NCBI GenBank assembly: GCA_009711705.1 | Contig: VENG01000015.1 | Location: 65,709-129,708, forward strand | Source of the DNA: Bacillota bacterium | Lineage (GTDB): Bacteria; Bacillota; Desulfotomaculia; Desulfotomaculales; VENG01 | DNA length: 64,000 bases | Reading direction: 5' to 3' | Shown here: positions 63,862 through 64,000 of the stretch, one piece after another | Layout: each line of letters opens with the position of its first letter | Numbering within the stretch: the first letter of the stretch is position 1 | Made by a program: the position numbers and the translations under genes | The notes under the pieces: model-generated | What the model was told of the DNA's origin: nothing | The model's database searches: none | What the model saw: only the letters and a program-made list of their open reading frames with translations

Positions 63862-64000
63862 TTAATATCTCCTTTCTCGTTTTGTGACTTCATTCAAAAG
63901 TATTATATAATGCTCGTACCGCGATGCAATTATCCTCCCATCCAGTACACCTTCTTTTACAGCACATCCCGGTTCTCTGTTGTGTAAACAACCGGAAAAG
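63862..64000 (-). CDS. rsgA: Ribosome small-subunit GTPase RsgA, C-terminal 45 codons (gene enters from the right edge)
   Basis: Hand translation: [53 protein letters not shown] is the RsgA zinc-finger end. rsgA-rpe order as in Bacillus. Confidence 0.8.
   Translation of the reverse strand, partial: FSGCLHNREPGCAVKEGVLDGRIIASRYEHYIILLNEVTKRERRY

Noticed and set aside
1-64000. Scan for CRISPR arrays, IS or transposase genes, integrases, phage genes, toxin-antitoxin pairs, restriction or defence genes, rRNA and tRNA.
   Set aside because: None seen. Every ORF over 100 aa with coding-like composition is accounted for by the housekeeping or metabolic calls above, and no spaced direct-repeat arrays are present.

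Overview
This 64-kb window looks like core chromosome from a spore-forming anaerobic Firmicute. The class (Clostridia) and the Desulfotomaculum/Peptococcaceae-like gene order are inference only. It holds about 62 protein genes, most on the minus strand. Blocks: (1) 1-7398, nuoA-B-C-D-H-I-J-K-L-M, with no nuoE/F/G between nuoD and nuoH. (2) 7.6-14.4 kb, rnhB-rbgA-lepB-rplS-trmD-rimM-KH protein-rpsP-ffh-ylxM. (3) 14.5-22.3 kb, two aminotransferases plus a five-gene SAM by-product salvage operon (mtnP-mtnA-ahcY-class II aldolase-mtaD). (4) 22.4-32.1 kb, ftsY, rnc, fabF-acpP-fabG-fabD-fabK-fabH-plsX-fapR with a perfect FapR operator, and rpmF-yceD. (5) 32.3-42.6 kb, ylbJ, an ADP-forming acyl-CoA synthetase with a stand-alone Pta-N-terminal/DRTGG protein, coaD-rsmD, gpr convergent with an alpha/beta SASP gene, recG and rpmB. 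(6) 42.7-47.7 kb, a nicotinate phosphoribosyltransferase-like gene and ribD-E-BA-H behind an FMN riboswitch. (7) 47.9-61.1 kb, an osmoadaptation block: opuA-type and opuC-type betaine transporters, ablA-ablB plus an orphan membrane ORF, AMP-forming acs and a BusR-architecture regulator. (8) 61.1-64.0 kb, an ABC_ATPase-family protein, a 38-aa Cys-rich miniprotein, rpe and the rsgA 3' end. I saw no rRNA, tRNA, CRISPR, IS, integrase or phage genes. Four genes missing from the ORF track were recovered by hand: the nuoM 5' part, rpmF, the rsgA 3' end and the Cys-rich miniprotein, plus a 41-aa acidic ORF. I did not find a clear novel multi-gene system. The best leads are two previously unlisted structured non-coding repeat families (24121-24273 / 39551-39664, and 31256-31360 / 62981-63070), the deaminase-containing SAM salvage operon, the BusR-like regulator with its flanking unknowns, and the orphan membrane ORF at the end of the ablAB operon. 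All functional calls rest on motif and family recognition by eye. No database search was run.
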